The translations under genes and the position numbers were made by a program. Positions 46,467-56,174 of a DNA stretch of 64,000 nucleotides are shown piece by piece. The stretch is from a virus: positions 11,938-75,937 of IMG/VR virus record IMGVR_UViG_3300034524_000011; one strand, 5' to 3'. Position 1 is the first letter of the stretch, and every line of letters starts with the position of its first letter. Under the pieces are notes generated by a model, which worked only from the letters and a program-made list of their open reading frames with translations, ran no database searches and was not told the DNA's origin.

Positions 46467-46786
46467 AGCACTATACAAGCACAGTGCAAGTATGGTGCTT
46501 GAATGATACCAATACCAACCCAGCACAGGGAGAGCACAACAAAAGGTGAGGTAACCTCAAAAACAGCGTCGAATGATAAAAATCGACACAAAAATGATGA
46601 GCTTACAAAAGCGTTCAAAACGCTTATTTTTTATTCGCTTCAACCGTTCCAAACCCAGCAATAATGCGGCTTTGCAAAAAGCACAGTGCAAGCACCATAC
46701 AAGCACAGTAAAAGCACAGAACGAGCCCTGCTGGTACCCTATTACCTTTAACCTATTACCTTTTACCTATTACCTATCACTATATA
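46467..46786 (+). repeat. Non-coding copy of the origin-like repeats between terL and portal
   Basis: 11-bp AGCACNNTRCA repeats at 46467-46501 and 46680-46734, then CCTATTA heptads 46738-46786. Confidence 0.8.
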
Positions 46787-46846
46787 GTGCGACGGGTAGG
46801 ATGGGAAAGGAGGGATAAATAAAAACAAAGAGAGGAGAGATCCATC

Positions 46847-47080
46847 ATGGACACCAAAGGCTATCAATTAAGGGCCCGTTTCCTTCAGGAGGCTGAAGAG
46901 AAAGGACCAACAGCACAAATGCTGATAGTAGCTGTCAAGCTGCCAACCGGAGCCGTCGAGCTTATCACAAACACGGCCCTGCTGCACACAAAGATAGACT
47001 ACTACAAAAACGCCTACGACGAGGAATTCAGGCTGAAAGGAAACTCCAACGTGCAGATAGTAGGCTTCATGTTTGTGTAG
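46847..47080 (+). CDS. Hypothetical protein
   Basis: GAGGAG RBS; 77 aa. Confidence 0.7.
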   Translation: MDTKGYQLRARFLQEAEEKGPTAQMLIVAVKLPTGAVELITNTALLHTKIDYYKNAYDEEFRLKGNSNVQIVGFMFV

Positions 47081-47114
47081 CCAGGACAAGGCGGAAAGGG
47101 AGGTGAGAAAGTAA

Positions 47115-48515
47115 ATGGCTAACAATAATTTCAGGGAAATCGGCCGCATCGGACAAAAAAGATATGGTGGCTTTTTCTATGAGGAATTCCTGAAAGATCT
47201 CCAGGGAAGGAAAGGCGTCGAGGTTTACAAGGAGATGAGTGAGAACGACGATGTAATCGGCGCAATCCTTTATGCGATCGAGATGCTGATCAGGCAAGTG
47301 TCCTGGACGGTTCAACCAGGAGGACCCACAACAAAGGACGAGGAGGCCGCAGAGTTCATCTATCAGTGCATGGACGACATGCAGGACACCTGGACCGACA
47401 CGATATCTGAAATCCTTTCATTTCTGACATACGGATGGAGCGCTCACGAAATCGTTTATAAGCGGCGCGCCGGCAAGAGCAAGGATCCTCGACTAAACAG
47501 CAAATACAGCGATGGCCTCATAGGATGGCGCAAGCTGCCGATCAGAGCGCAGGAGACCCTCTGGGAATGGCTATATGACGACGAGGACAATCTCCTGGGA
47601 ATGGTTCAGATGCCGCCGCCAAAGTATGAGCTCATAACGATACCGATTGAAAAGCTGCTGATATTCAGGACCAAGAGCCGAAAAGGCAGCCCGGAAGGCA
47701 AGAGCATTCTCCGTAACGCATACCGCAGCTGGTACTTCAAGCGCAGGATCCAGGAGATAGAGGGAATAGGTATCGAAAGAGACCTGGCCGGTTTTCCGAC
47801 ATTGACAGCTCCGGAGGGAATGAACATCTGGGACGAAGACGACCCGGAAATGGTAGCTGTCAGACTGGCCGCAGACCGAATCGTCCAAAACATCAGGCGT
47901 GACAGCCTCGAAGGTTTGACATTGCCGGCCGGCTGGAAGCTGGAGCTCTTAAGCACCGGAGGACGCCGGCAGTTTGATACCAATGCAATCATCGAGCGAT
48001 ACGACACCAGGATAGCAATGACCGTCCTGGCCGATTTCGTTTTATTAGGCCACCAGAAGGTGGGCAGCTTTGCATTATCCAGTGACAAGACGGAACTTTT
48101 TGCAATGGCCGTCGGTGCATACCTGGACATCATTTGCGAGACCTTCAACAACAAGGCAATCCCGGCACTGATTGATTTAAACGCTCAACACTTCGCCGGC
48201 ATTACCGATTATCCGAAGCTGGGCCACGGAGACATCGAGAGCGCAGACATTCAGGCTCTGGCAACTTACATCAAGGATATGACCGGCGTCGGCGTACTGG
48301 TACCGGACGACCATCTCGAAGATTACGTGAGAGAAGTGGCCGGCCTGCCGGAAAGGCTGGATGATGGGACCAACCCCAGGCAGCCAAAACCGGCAAGGGA
48401 CAGAAATTCTGACGTGAAGCCTGGCAAAGAGGCAGACAGTGACGACCTGGTAGATTTGGAGGACGACGATGAAGCTGTAAAGAAGGCCATGGAGCGACTG
48501 GGGAGGTATGATTGA
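47115..48515 (+). CDS. Portal protein (Mu gp29/DUF935-like)
   Basis: GWSAHEIVY, PEGKSILRNAY..W.FK, GIERDLAG, GSFAL. Confidence 0.88.
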   Translation: MANNNFREIGRIGQKRYGGFFYEEFLKDLQGRKGVEVYKEMSENDDVIGAILYAIEMLIRQVSWTVQPGGPTTKDEEAAEFIYQCMDDMQDTWTDTISEILSFLTYGWSAHEIVYKRRAGKSKDPRLNSKYSDGLIGWRKLPIRAQETLWEWLYDDEDNLLGMVQMPPPKYELITIPIEKLLIFRTKSRKGSPEGKSILRNAYRSWYFKRRIQEIEGIGIERDLAGFPTLTAPEGMNIWDEDDPEMVAVRLAADRIVQNIRRDSLEGLTLPAGWKLELLSTGGRRQFDTNAIIERYDTRIAMTVLADFVLLGHQKVGSFALSSDKTELFAMAVGAYLDIICETFNNKAIPALIDLNAQHFAGITDYPKLGHGDIESADIQALATYIKDMTGVGVLVPDDHLEDYVREVAGLPERLDDGTNPRQPKPARDRNSDVKPGKEADSDDLVDLEDDDEAVKKAMERLGRYD

Positions 48516-51500
48516 TGTTCAGGATCCGGAAGTCAATTCACCTGCACCCGATACACAAGGCAAAGAGGAAGAGCAAAGCAGCACAAGAGGTCCTCGACAA
48601 ATTAAACGCATTCCTGGACGCAACGGAACCGGAGCCGGTTTATTTCCTCACCAGGCTATGGAACGACCAGCAGCAGGCAATAACATACAAGGAGCTGCGT
48701 GAGGCAATCCTCAACGGCTACATCGACGTGAAGACCATCCAGGCCTGGCAAAACGACTACGCAAACTTTGTAAACGAGCACCTGAAGCCCCTATGGATAG
48801 AGGCCATGCAGGCAGCAAATGCAGACTTGATGGCAGCGCATCCGGATTATTTCTTTGACCCCATGAGCCAGGGTGTCCTCAAATGGATCAACGAACACGG
48901 TGCCCAATGGGTAACGGTAATAGCGGAGGAACAGAAGGAAGCAATATCGGCCATGCTGCAGCATGCATACAGCGGAGCCTTCACCGTAGATGAGCTGGCC
49001 AGAACGATCCGGGCGACAATTGGCCTAAATAAGGTCCAGGCCAAGGCCAACCTGAACTATTATCAGCATGTGAAGAAAACTCTTCTGGAAAACAACCCAG
49101 GCATGAAGGAATCAACGGCCCAGAAAAAAGCCCAGGAAGCAGCAGCGAAATACGCGGCCAAGCAGCATAGGCAAAGAGCTTTCGCCATAGCAACAACAGA
49201 AATGGCATTCGCTTATAACAAGGGAGCTGACGAGGGAATAAAGCAAGCCCAGGAGCAGAACCTTATAGGCAAGGTGGTGAAGGTTTGGAGCACGGCAGCC
49301 GACGAACTCGTATGTTCTATATGTGGAGCCCTGGATGGTGTCGAACTGGAGATGGGCGCAGATTTTGATTTCAAAGGCAACCAGTTATACAGCGGTCAGA
49401 AGCAAACGCCGCCAGCTCACCCACGCTGCAGATGCGCGCTGCTTTACGTGGAGAAGGAACCGCCGAAATACAAGACGGTACCGGAGCAGGAAGTGATCCA
49501 GGACTGGAGCCCGGAAGATCAGATACCAACGCCCGAACCTCCGGACCCGGCAAAGCCCGTAATACCACCGTCAGAGAAAATGCCACCAGGCATGAAATAC
49601 AAAGGCAAGGCAAACCTCGGAGGAACCGGGGAAATGCATTCATACATCGACGAGACCGGCCAGGAGTGGTTATTCAAACCGGCACAAAGTAAATCCGGAA
49701 AACCGGAAGCCTTCAGAGCATATGTCCAGGAAGCCGGTTATAAGGTCCAGGCGATAATAGATCCGGACACAGCGGTACCGGTAGGAACAGGAGAGCTGGG
49801 CGGGAAGTTTGGAGCTTTCCAGAAGCGAATAAACACCATAGGCGACAAGATAGACCTGAAGCACTGGCAATACACCAGCGACCAGCTGCCGCCAGGAACG
49901 GCCGCACAGCTGCAGAGGGAACATGTAACTGACTGGCTGCTGGCCAACTTCGACAGCCACGGCGGCAACTTCGTAATGGACGACGCCGGCAGGCTCATAG
50001 GAACAGACAAGGAGCAGGCCTTTAGGTACATCAAGGAAATAGGCGCCCAGCAGATGAGCTACACATACCACCCTAACGCAACCTACGGAGAAACAGAGCC
50101 GATTTATAATACTTTATTCCGGAGGTTTGCAAAGGGAGAGATTGACCTGGATCTGCAGGATACCTTGACCTACATCAAGAGAGTGGAGGCGATCCCGGAC
50201 GACCAGTATCGTGAGATATTCAGGAGCTATGCAGAGGCCCTTCACGGGAAAGGCAAAGAAGCAGAGGAGCTGCTGGACCTGATCGTCGAGAGAAAAAACC
50301 GGTTAAGAGAAGACTATCGTCAGTTTTTCAGTGACCTTCTCACCGAGCGAACCGGAAAAAAACAAGTGTTCGTCTGGGCGGACGAGACAGCAGAGCATAT
50401 GAAGCAGCCACTGACAGCAGTAACACACGGCTCGGAAACCCTGCAAAAGATGAACATGGCAGAGCTCAAGCAGCTGGCCAAGCAAAAGCAGATCCCATAC
50501 TACAACAACATGAATAAGACCCAGCTGGTAACGGCCATATCGGACCCGGCAAAAGCGCCGGAAATGAGCGCCCAGGTAAGAAACAGACTGCTGGCCAACG
50601 AGGCAGCAAGGAAAGCTGCAGCAAGGACGCCGGCAGCACAGAAGGCCAAAGAGATTATATCTGCAGATGATGTGTTCCAGGACGCGTCGATTATTCCGGA
50701 GAAAAGGCTGGGAGTTCCAGTCAGGAGCGACAAGGGCAGCGTTGAAGGTCTCAATTTGACGGCCAGGAGAATGCGCCTGTTAGACGACGCAAGCGGTACC
50801 GAATATGAGGTATACGAAATATCCGGAAAACTCACCAGGGAAGCATGGTCCAAGACATGGGATAAAATGAAGCCAATAGGAGAAATAGGAGAGCTGGAAT
50901 TTGAGCTTGCAGACGATGTCAAAAAGCTCTTTGCTTCCAAGGCGGACCTCGGAGCTTCCATCCGGACCATAAAGGTAACCGACGGAGAAACCACATTCGA
51001 GCTTTATATCGATGGCCAGACAAGGAGATACAATGGATGGCGTGGTTTTTTCAGATTGAGAACTCCGGTAACCTCAAACGGAGCTGCGGACGCTGCAAAT
51101 ATGAGAAACATGCTGCAGAAGCTGGAGCTTGATGATCTTTTATTGAAACCGGACAGCGAGGCAGAAACGATCCTCAAAAAGAGCCGGCTTGTATGGCAAC
51201 ACGCTCCACATCGTATCCAGGAATTAGATGGTTTGACGCCAGAGCAAATACCGATTAAACTGGATATGATATTAAAGCAAGAAGGAATAGACCCGAAGCG
51301 TATAAATAACATGAAGCTGGTTAAAGTCTTCGAAGGCTATTCAACTTATGTCGAAGAGGGCATCGTGGAAACATACAAGAAGGCAGGCCTGAAATATGTC
51401 TGGACCGGAGTTCCGGACGGAGACGACATCGTGAAGATCATCCAAAGCCCTGGCCTGATGTCAAATAACAACCGTTTCAGGGCAGGATTGAGGCGCACAG

Positions 51501-51934
51501 GAGCAAGTCCGGTAGAAGACTTCCGGACCGGCGGCAGCGATAATGTATTCACCAGGATAGGCGTCAAGAATAAGAACAACCCAAGATTTGACGACTGCTA
51601 CCGAGGGAACCGATATCGCATTCTTATTGATCCAAAAGTCATGGAGAGAACCGACTGGTATGCATATGAAGGAGACTCGTTCGGAAGCTCGGATCCGTCG
51701 GCACTGGCCGGCAGGCTTTCGCCGGTGGAATTTATTCAGAGAATGGCCACAAGCTACCGGTACGGGAACGAAATCATGTTCAGGCACGGAATAGCTAAGG
51801 AGACATTCATCGGGATATCATGCCAGAGCAACGCGCTCCGAGCAGAGCTCCTGGAGAAGTTCAAACAGGCGCATATTACTGCAGTAAACGGGATACCGAT
51901 AGAAGATTTTGTAAAGGTGGGATCTACGATATGA
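48515..51934 (+). CDS. Long MuF minor head protein fused to PI3K/HipA-like kinase, HeH-like and ART-like domains
   Basis: RAFAIATTE, KVWST.AD..VCSIC, PPAHPRCRC; WLFKP, DSHGGNF, GTDKEQAF; LKQLAKQKQIPYYNNMNKTQLV; C-terminal GLMS..., GGSDNVFTR, NEIMF. Confidence 0.85.
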   Translation: MFRIRKSIHLHPIHKAKRKSKAAQEVLDKLNAFLDATEPEPVYFLTRLWNDQQQAITYKELREAILNGYIDVKTIQAWQNDYANFVNEHLKPLWIEAMQAANADLMAAHPDYFFDPMSQGVLKWINEHGAQWVTVIAEEQKEAISAMLQHAYSGAFTVDELARTIRATIGLNKVQAKANLNYYQHVKKTLLENNPGMKESTAQKKAQEAAAKYAAKQHRQRAFAIATTEMAFAYNKGADEGIKQAQEQNLIGKVVKVWSTAADELVCSICGALDGVELEMGADFDFKGNQLYSGQKQTPPAHPRCRCALLYVEKEPPKYKTVPEQEVIQDWSPEDQIPTPEPPDPAKPVIPPSEKMPPGMKYKGKANLGGTGEMHSYIDETGQEWLFKPAQSKSGKPEAFRAYVQEAGYKVQAIIDPDTAVPVGTGELGGKFGAFQKRINTIGDKIDLKHWQYTSDQLPPGTAAQLQREHVTDWLLANFDSHGGNFVMDDAGRLIGTDKEQAFRYIKEIGAQQMSYTYHPNATYGETEPIYNTLFRRFAKGEIDLDLQDTLTYIKRVEAIPDDQYREIFRSYAEALHGKGKEAEELLDLIVERKNRLREDYRQFFSDLLTERTGKKQVFVWADETAEHMKQPLTAVTHGSETLQKMNMAELKQLAKQKQIPYYNNMNKTQLVTAISDPAKAPEMSAQVRNRLLANEAARKAAARTPAAQKAKEIISADDVFQDASIIPEKRLGVPVRSDKGSVEGLNLTARRMRLLDDASGTEYEVYEISGKLTREAWSKTWDKMKPIGEIGELEFELADDVKKLFASKADLGASIRTIKVTDGETTFELYIDGQTRRYNGWRGFFRLRTPVTSNGAADAANMRNMLQKLELDDLLLKPDSEAETILKKSRLVWQHAPHRIQELDGLTPEQIPIKLDMILKQEGIDPKRINNMKLVKVFEGYSTYVEEGIVETYKKAGLKYVWTGVPDGDDIVKIIQSPGLMSNNNRFRAGLRRTGASPVEDFRTGGSDNVFTRIGVKNKNNPRFDDCYRGNRYRILIDPKVMERTDWYAYEGDSFGSSDPSALAGRLSPVEFIQRMATSYRYGNEIMFRHGIAKETFIGISCQSNALRAELLEKFKQAHITAVNGIPIEDFVKVGSTI

Positions 51935-52266
51935 TAGACCAAAGAGCTGTATACGTCTTCAAGCCACCGGGAGAAAGAGATTTCACCGGGATAGCGCTGG
52001 ATGTTCACATTCACAAAGAGGCCCTCCGGTTCTTTGACACCAACAGAGGACACGAGCTGCCAGGCAAAGTAACCCAGGAGACAGACAATGGATTTACATT
52101 CACATCAACGGGAATCATCCAGGGAGAATGGCAGTTCAAAGTTCTGGGAATTGGAGAGTTTAAGCGGAAATATTTCAAACTGGTCGAAGGCGGGCAAGCG
52201 CTGGCGGCCAAGCTACAAACCACAGAGGACCTCCACCAATGGTATCGGAGGGAGTTCAAGATTTAA
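51931..52266 (+). CDS. Small protein translationally coupled to MuF (candidate immunity protein)
   Basis: ATGA overlap; 111 aa; followed by a hairpin. Confidence 0.65.
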   Translation: MIDQRAVYVFKPPGERDFTGIALDVHIHKEALRFFDTNRGHELPGKVTQETDNGFTFTSTGIIQGEWQFKVLGIGEFKRKYFKLVEGGQALAAKLQTTEDLHQWYRREFKI

Positions 52267-52315
52267 GACGGGGAAAAGGACCTCGTCTTTTTGCTTTGAA
52301 AGGAGGTAGATAACA

Positions 52316-52801
52316 ATGGCCAAGTTCAGCGACCTGGTGAGCATCAAGAAGGACCAACAGAAACCGGCCACACCGGCGAAATCTACATCAGGAGTGATAA
52401 AAGGTCGCTTCAAGATCCAGAAATCAGACGACGACAAAATGCTGGCCTTTGGCTGGGCCAATGTAGCGGTTACAGCCGGCGGCCAACAGATAGAGGACTA
52501 CCACGAGGACATGATAGACCCGGAAGAGCTGGAGCAGGCTGCATACAAGTTCGTGGAGCTTTACCGGGAAGGCGGAGAGCAGCACGAGCGCGGAGGAGTG
52601 GCCGTGCTCATTGAAAGCATGGTATTCACCAAGGAAAAAATGAAGCTCCTGAACATTCCGGAAGGGACGCTGCCTGAAGGCTGGTGGATAGGCTTCAAGG
52701 TATTAGACCCGGACGTCTGGGAAAAGGTCAAGGATGGCACATATCCGATGTTCAGCATTGAAGGAGAGGCCATCCGGGAGGAAATCACCGAAGAGGAATA
52801 A
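52316..52801 (+). CDS. XkdF-like prohead serine protease
   Basis: AFGWA, D...DMIDPEELEQAAYKF, EQH, GWWIGFKV, MFSIEG. Confidence 0.85.
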   Translation: MAKFSDLVSIKKDQQKPATPAKSTSGVIKGRFKIQKSDDDKMLAFGWANVAVTAGGQQIEDYHEDMIDPEELEQAAYKFVELYREGGEQHERGGVAVLIESMVFTKEKMKLLNIPEGTLPEGWWIGFKVLDPDVWEKVKDGTYPMFSIEGEAIREEITEEE

Positions 52802-52818
52802 CAGAATAACGGCAAATC

Positions 52819-52846
52819 AAAAAACGACGAGCAATCGTCGTTTTTT
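52819..52846 (+). terminator. Intrinsic terminator
   Basis: aaaaaacgacga-gcaa-tcgtcgtttttt. Confidence 0.8.
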
Positions 52847-52888
52847 GTTTTATATAAATTAAGCCGGGAAAGGAGGAGAGACGCGGAA

Positions 52889-54163
52889 ATGGCATTCAAA
52901 CTGAAAGACCTGAAAATCACCAAGGTGGATTTTGTAGAGGCCGGAGCAAACCCAGAGGCAAACATCCTGCTGTTTAAGAGCAAGAACGGAGCTCCGGGAG
53001 CAAAATCTTCTGAACCCCCTGCAGCGAAAGGAGGTGAGAAAAGCGAGAGCCCAGTCAAGAAGTTTTTCTCTGCTATAGCAAAAGCTCTGGGCATAGCCGA
53101 AGACGAGCATGTAGGCGAAGCAATCGAGCAGATAGCCAAAGGTTACGAAGCTGCCACATTCGGAGAAAAGATGGACGAGCAGAAGCGCAGGAGAGTAACC
53201 AGCGAAATATGGGACGTTTGCTACGCTTTGGAGGAAAGCCTGTGTTCCATTATCTGCGACGATGAAGTGCCGGAAGAGGACAAACCCGGCATGATGGAGC
53301 AGAGCCTGAACGAGTTCGCGGAGGCTGTGAAAGAGCTTATTCCTACATGGGCGCAGGGAAAAACCACAAACAAAATCGCCAAGAACGAGCAACCCATCAC
53401 ACCCGCAAGGCTTGAATTAGCCAAAGCTGCAAAGGAAAAGCTGGAGGCTATTATAGCCAAAGGGAAAAAGTATCCGGACACAGATCCGGAGACAGATCCA
53501 GAAGACACGTCCGTTCAGGACGGATGCAAGAAACCAAAAACAAAAAAATCGAAAGGAGACATGGAGGATATGAAAATCGACAAGAGCAAACTGACACCTG
53601 AAGAGCTCGCGATGCTCGAGGCCATCGAAAAGAAGGCCGGCATTCAGGACGAGCCCGCAAATGATCCTAATCCCGACGCACCTGCAGCAACCGATGTAAA
53701 CAAGAGTGCAGGCCAGGCCGGAGACAACCAGAACACCGGAGAAGAGGAAGATATCTACAAGGGACTTCATCCTGCAGTAAAGGCAGAGCTTGAAAGACTT
53801 CGCAAGGCAGCAGACCAGGCGGAGGAAAAAGAGCTAACCGAGATTGCAAAGAAGTATGAGATCATCGGCAAAAAGCCCGAGGAGCTGGTACCTCTCTTTA
53901 AGAGCTTAAAAAAAGCCGGCGGCAACGCTTATGAACAGATGATCGCCATACTCGACGCCAGCGTGGAGGCTGTAGAGAAGTCCGGAGTTTTCTCCGAGAT
54001 AGGCAAAAAAGGCGGCACTGGCACCGTTGACGCATGGGCGACCATTGAAAAGCACGCCGACGAGATCCAGAAATCTATGCCTAACTTGACGAGAGCTCAA
54101 GCAATCGACAAGGCATGCCAATTGCATCCCGAACTCGTACATGAGTACGAGAAAAATAGATAA
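52889..54163 (+). CDS. Capsid scaffolding protein with protease-like N-terminal strand
   Basis: ITKVDFVEAGANP at the N-terminus; acidic coiled remainder. Confidence 0.7.
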   Translation: MAFKLKDLKITKVDFVEAGANPEANILLFKSKNGAPGAKSSEPPAAKGGEKSESPVKKFFSAIAKALGIAEDEHVGEAIEQIAKGYEAATFGEKMDEQKRRRVTSEIWDVCYALEESLCSIICDDEVPEEDKPGMMEQSLNEFAEAVKELIPTWAQGKTTNKIAKNEQPITPARLELAKAAKEKLEAIIAKGKKYPDTDPETDPEDTSVQDGCKKPKTKKSKGDMEDMKIDKSKLTPEELAMLEAIEKKAGIQDEPANDPNPDAPAATDVNKSAGQAGDNQNTGEEEDIYKGLHPAVKAELERLRKAADQAEEKELTEIAKKYEIIGKKPEELVPLFKSLKKAGGNAYEQMIAILDASVEAVEKSGVFSEIGKKGGTGTVDAWATIEKHADEIQKSMPNLTRAQAIDKACQLHPELVHEYEKNR

Positions 54164-54175
54164 GGAGGAATGAAC

Positions 54176-54568
54176 ATGTTTATCAGCACAGGAATTAATG
54201 ATAGCCCGGTAATCACCGGGAAAGCAACTGCAGCCATTGAAAATGGCGCTTTTCTTGCTGCCAAGTTTGACGCAAACGGAGGCATTGTTCTTGCCGGTGC
54301 AGGCGAGAATGCACTCGGCCTTTTGATTGCTACCACTCCGGAAAATGTGGCAGCTGGCGAAGACGTAACCGTCCAGATTAAGGACATCGGCCTCTGGAGA
54401 ACCGGAGGCGCCGTAGCCGCAGGCGCAGAGCTCACTTCTGACGCCAACGGAGCGGCCGTAACAGCTGCAGTGGGAAATTATGTGACAGCAATCGCACTCG
54501 AAGCTGCAGCAGCTGCCGGCCAGGTGATCAAAGTACAAATCGTAAAGTCAGGCAAAGTGCCGGCTTAA
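54176..54568 (+). CDS. Capsid decoration/cement protein (DUF2190-like)
   Basis: Ala/Gly-rich; GAVAAGAELTSDANGAAV...ALEAAAAAG. Confidence 0.75.
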   Translation: MFISTGINDSPVITGKATAAIENGAFLAAKFDANGGIVLAGAGENALGLLIATTPENVAAGEDVTVQIKDIGLWRTGGAVAAGAELTSDANGAAVTAAVGNYVTAIALEAAAAAGQVIKVQIVKSGKVPA

Positions 54569-54594
54569 AACAATATGAAAGGAGATAACAGTCA

Positions 54595-55614
54595 ATGAAA
54601 GGAACAAGCATATCTAACATTCAGGTACAGATCGCAAAAGGCTGGAGGCCCAATAACTACCTGACAAACATGTCCATGGCCTTCTTCCAGGAGGAAGGAG
54701 ACTTTGTGGCACCCTCAATTTTCCCGATTTGTCCTGTGGCATTGAGCTCCAGCTATTACTACACATTCAGCAAGGCTGACCTTGCGAGAGACAACGTGCA
54801 GAGAAAACCCGCATTCGGAAAGGTTCAGCCTGCACTGATGGGCCAGACAGACAACACCTACAAGTGCGAAGTGGACCAGGTAATCGTAGGTATCGACCAG
54901 ATCGACGCTTTGAACTACCAGAGAGCAAAGGCTCCCGGCGTGGCAGATCCGAGAAGAGCAAAAGTAAGATTTGTCACCGAGCAGCTGAAGCTCCACCTGG
55001 ACCTTCTCTTTGCACAGAACTTTTTCAATGCTGCAGCATGGCAGAATGTATGGACTGGCGTAGCAGCTAACCCCGGCGCGAACCAGTTCCTGAAATTCAC
55101 CGATGCCAACTTCGACCCTGTAAACTTCTTTGATGCCAGAATCAAAGACATCAAACAGTCCGGACGCAGAAAACCCAACAGGCTGGCCCTTGGCGTTGAC
55201 GCATACAACGCATTAAAGAACCATCCTGACATCGTCGAAAGGGTAAAATACACCGGCAGCACCGCCAACCCTGCAATCGTCACACCTCAAGCTCTGGCTG
55301 CAATCCTGCAGATCGAGGAAGTAAAGGTTCTCGAAAGCACCTACAACAGAGGCGGCATCGGCCAGGAAGACATGCAGTTTGTATGCGCAACCGACGGCGC
55401 ACTTCTCTGCTACGCAACCGACAATCCTTCCATCGACGAGCCCAGCGCAGGCTATATCTTCACATGGGATATGCTCGGCAATGGTCAGTACATCGCAATT
55501 GACCAGTACGAAGGAGAAAAAGGCACGCATGCAGAGTTCATCGAAGGTTTGATGGCCACAGACATGAAGAAGACCTGCGACGATCTGGCAATCTACTTCG
55601 ACCAGTGCGTATAA
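54595..55614 (+). CDS. Major capsid protein
   Basis: 339 aa after the decoration gene; YLTNMS...IFP; KPNRLALG...LKNHP. Confidence 0.85.
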   Translation: MKGTSISNIQVQIAKGWRPNNYLTNMSMAFFQEEGDFVAPSIFPICPVALSSSYYYTFSKADLARDNVQRKPAFGKVQPALMGQTDNTYKCEVDQVIVGIDQIDALNYQRAKAPGVADPRRAKVRFVTEQLKLHLDLLFAQNFFNAAAWQNVWTGVAANPGANQFLKFTDANFDPVNFFDARIKDIKQSGRRKPNRLALGVDAYNALKNHPDIVERVKYTGSTANPAIVTPQALAAILQIEEVKVLESTYNRGGIGQEDMQFVCATDGALLCYATDNPSIDEPSAGYIFTWDMLGNGQYIAIDQYEGEKGTHAEFIEGLMATDMKKTCDDLAIYFDQCV

Positions 55615-55631
55615 GAGAAGGAGGGGCACCG

Positions 55632-56174
55632 ATGAACGGTAACAGTTACGGTTACATTTGCAAAAAAGCGTGTGTACTTGGAGGCGTCGCCTATTCCGAA
55701 GGCGACGCTATCCCTGCTGATGCCGTTCTTCCGAGCCGCGAAAAGGTCTTAATCAAGCAAGGGCTTATAGTTCCGGCCGTAAATGTTGACGTGCTACTGG
55801 AGGAAAACAAATTTTTAAGAGCGAAGGTAGCCGAGCTTCAAAAGACTGCCGGAGAAGCCACAGAATCGCCCAGAAACGACGAAAAGGAACCGGGGAATAT
55901 AATCATACCTATAACGGCAAAAGGCGGCCTAATTGAGCTCGAAATGAAGCCAGAGGACATAATAAAAGCCATTGCTACCCTGCAGCTTAATGCAGAGGAG
56001 GCTGCCAAGGCGGTGGGCGAAATCGACAAAGAGGAAATCCTTATACTGATTGATGCGCTTGACTACAGGAAAACGGTCAAGACAGCAATCCTGGAAAGGG
56101 TAGAGCAAATGGAGACCGGCGGAGAGGAAGAGCAGGGCAACACAGAGGAGAATAAGGGTCAGGGTGATGCATAA
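55632..56174 (+). CDS. Hypothetical head-associated protein
   Basis: RBS; position after the MCP. Confidence 0.65.
   Translation: MNGNSYGYICKKACVLGGVAYSEGDAIPADAVLPSREKVLIKQGLIVPAVNVDVLLEENKFLRAKVAELQKTAGEATESPRNDEKEPGNIIIPITAKGGLIELEMKPEDIIKAIATLQLNAEEAAKAVGEIDKEEILILIDALDYRKTVKTAILERVEQMETGGEEEQGNTEENKGQGDA

Noticed and set aside
46680-46786. CRISPR array or tRNA
   Set aside because: Repeats are 7-11 bp tandem units without unique spacers; no cas genes or cloverleaf seen anywhere in the window.
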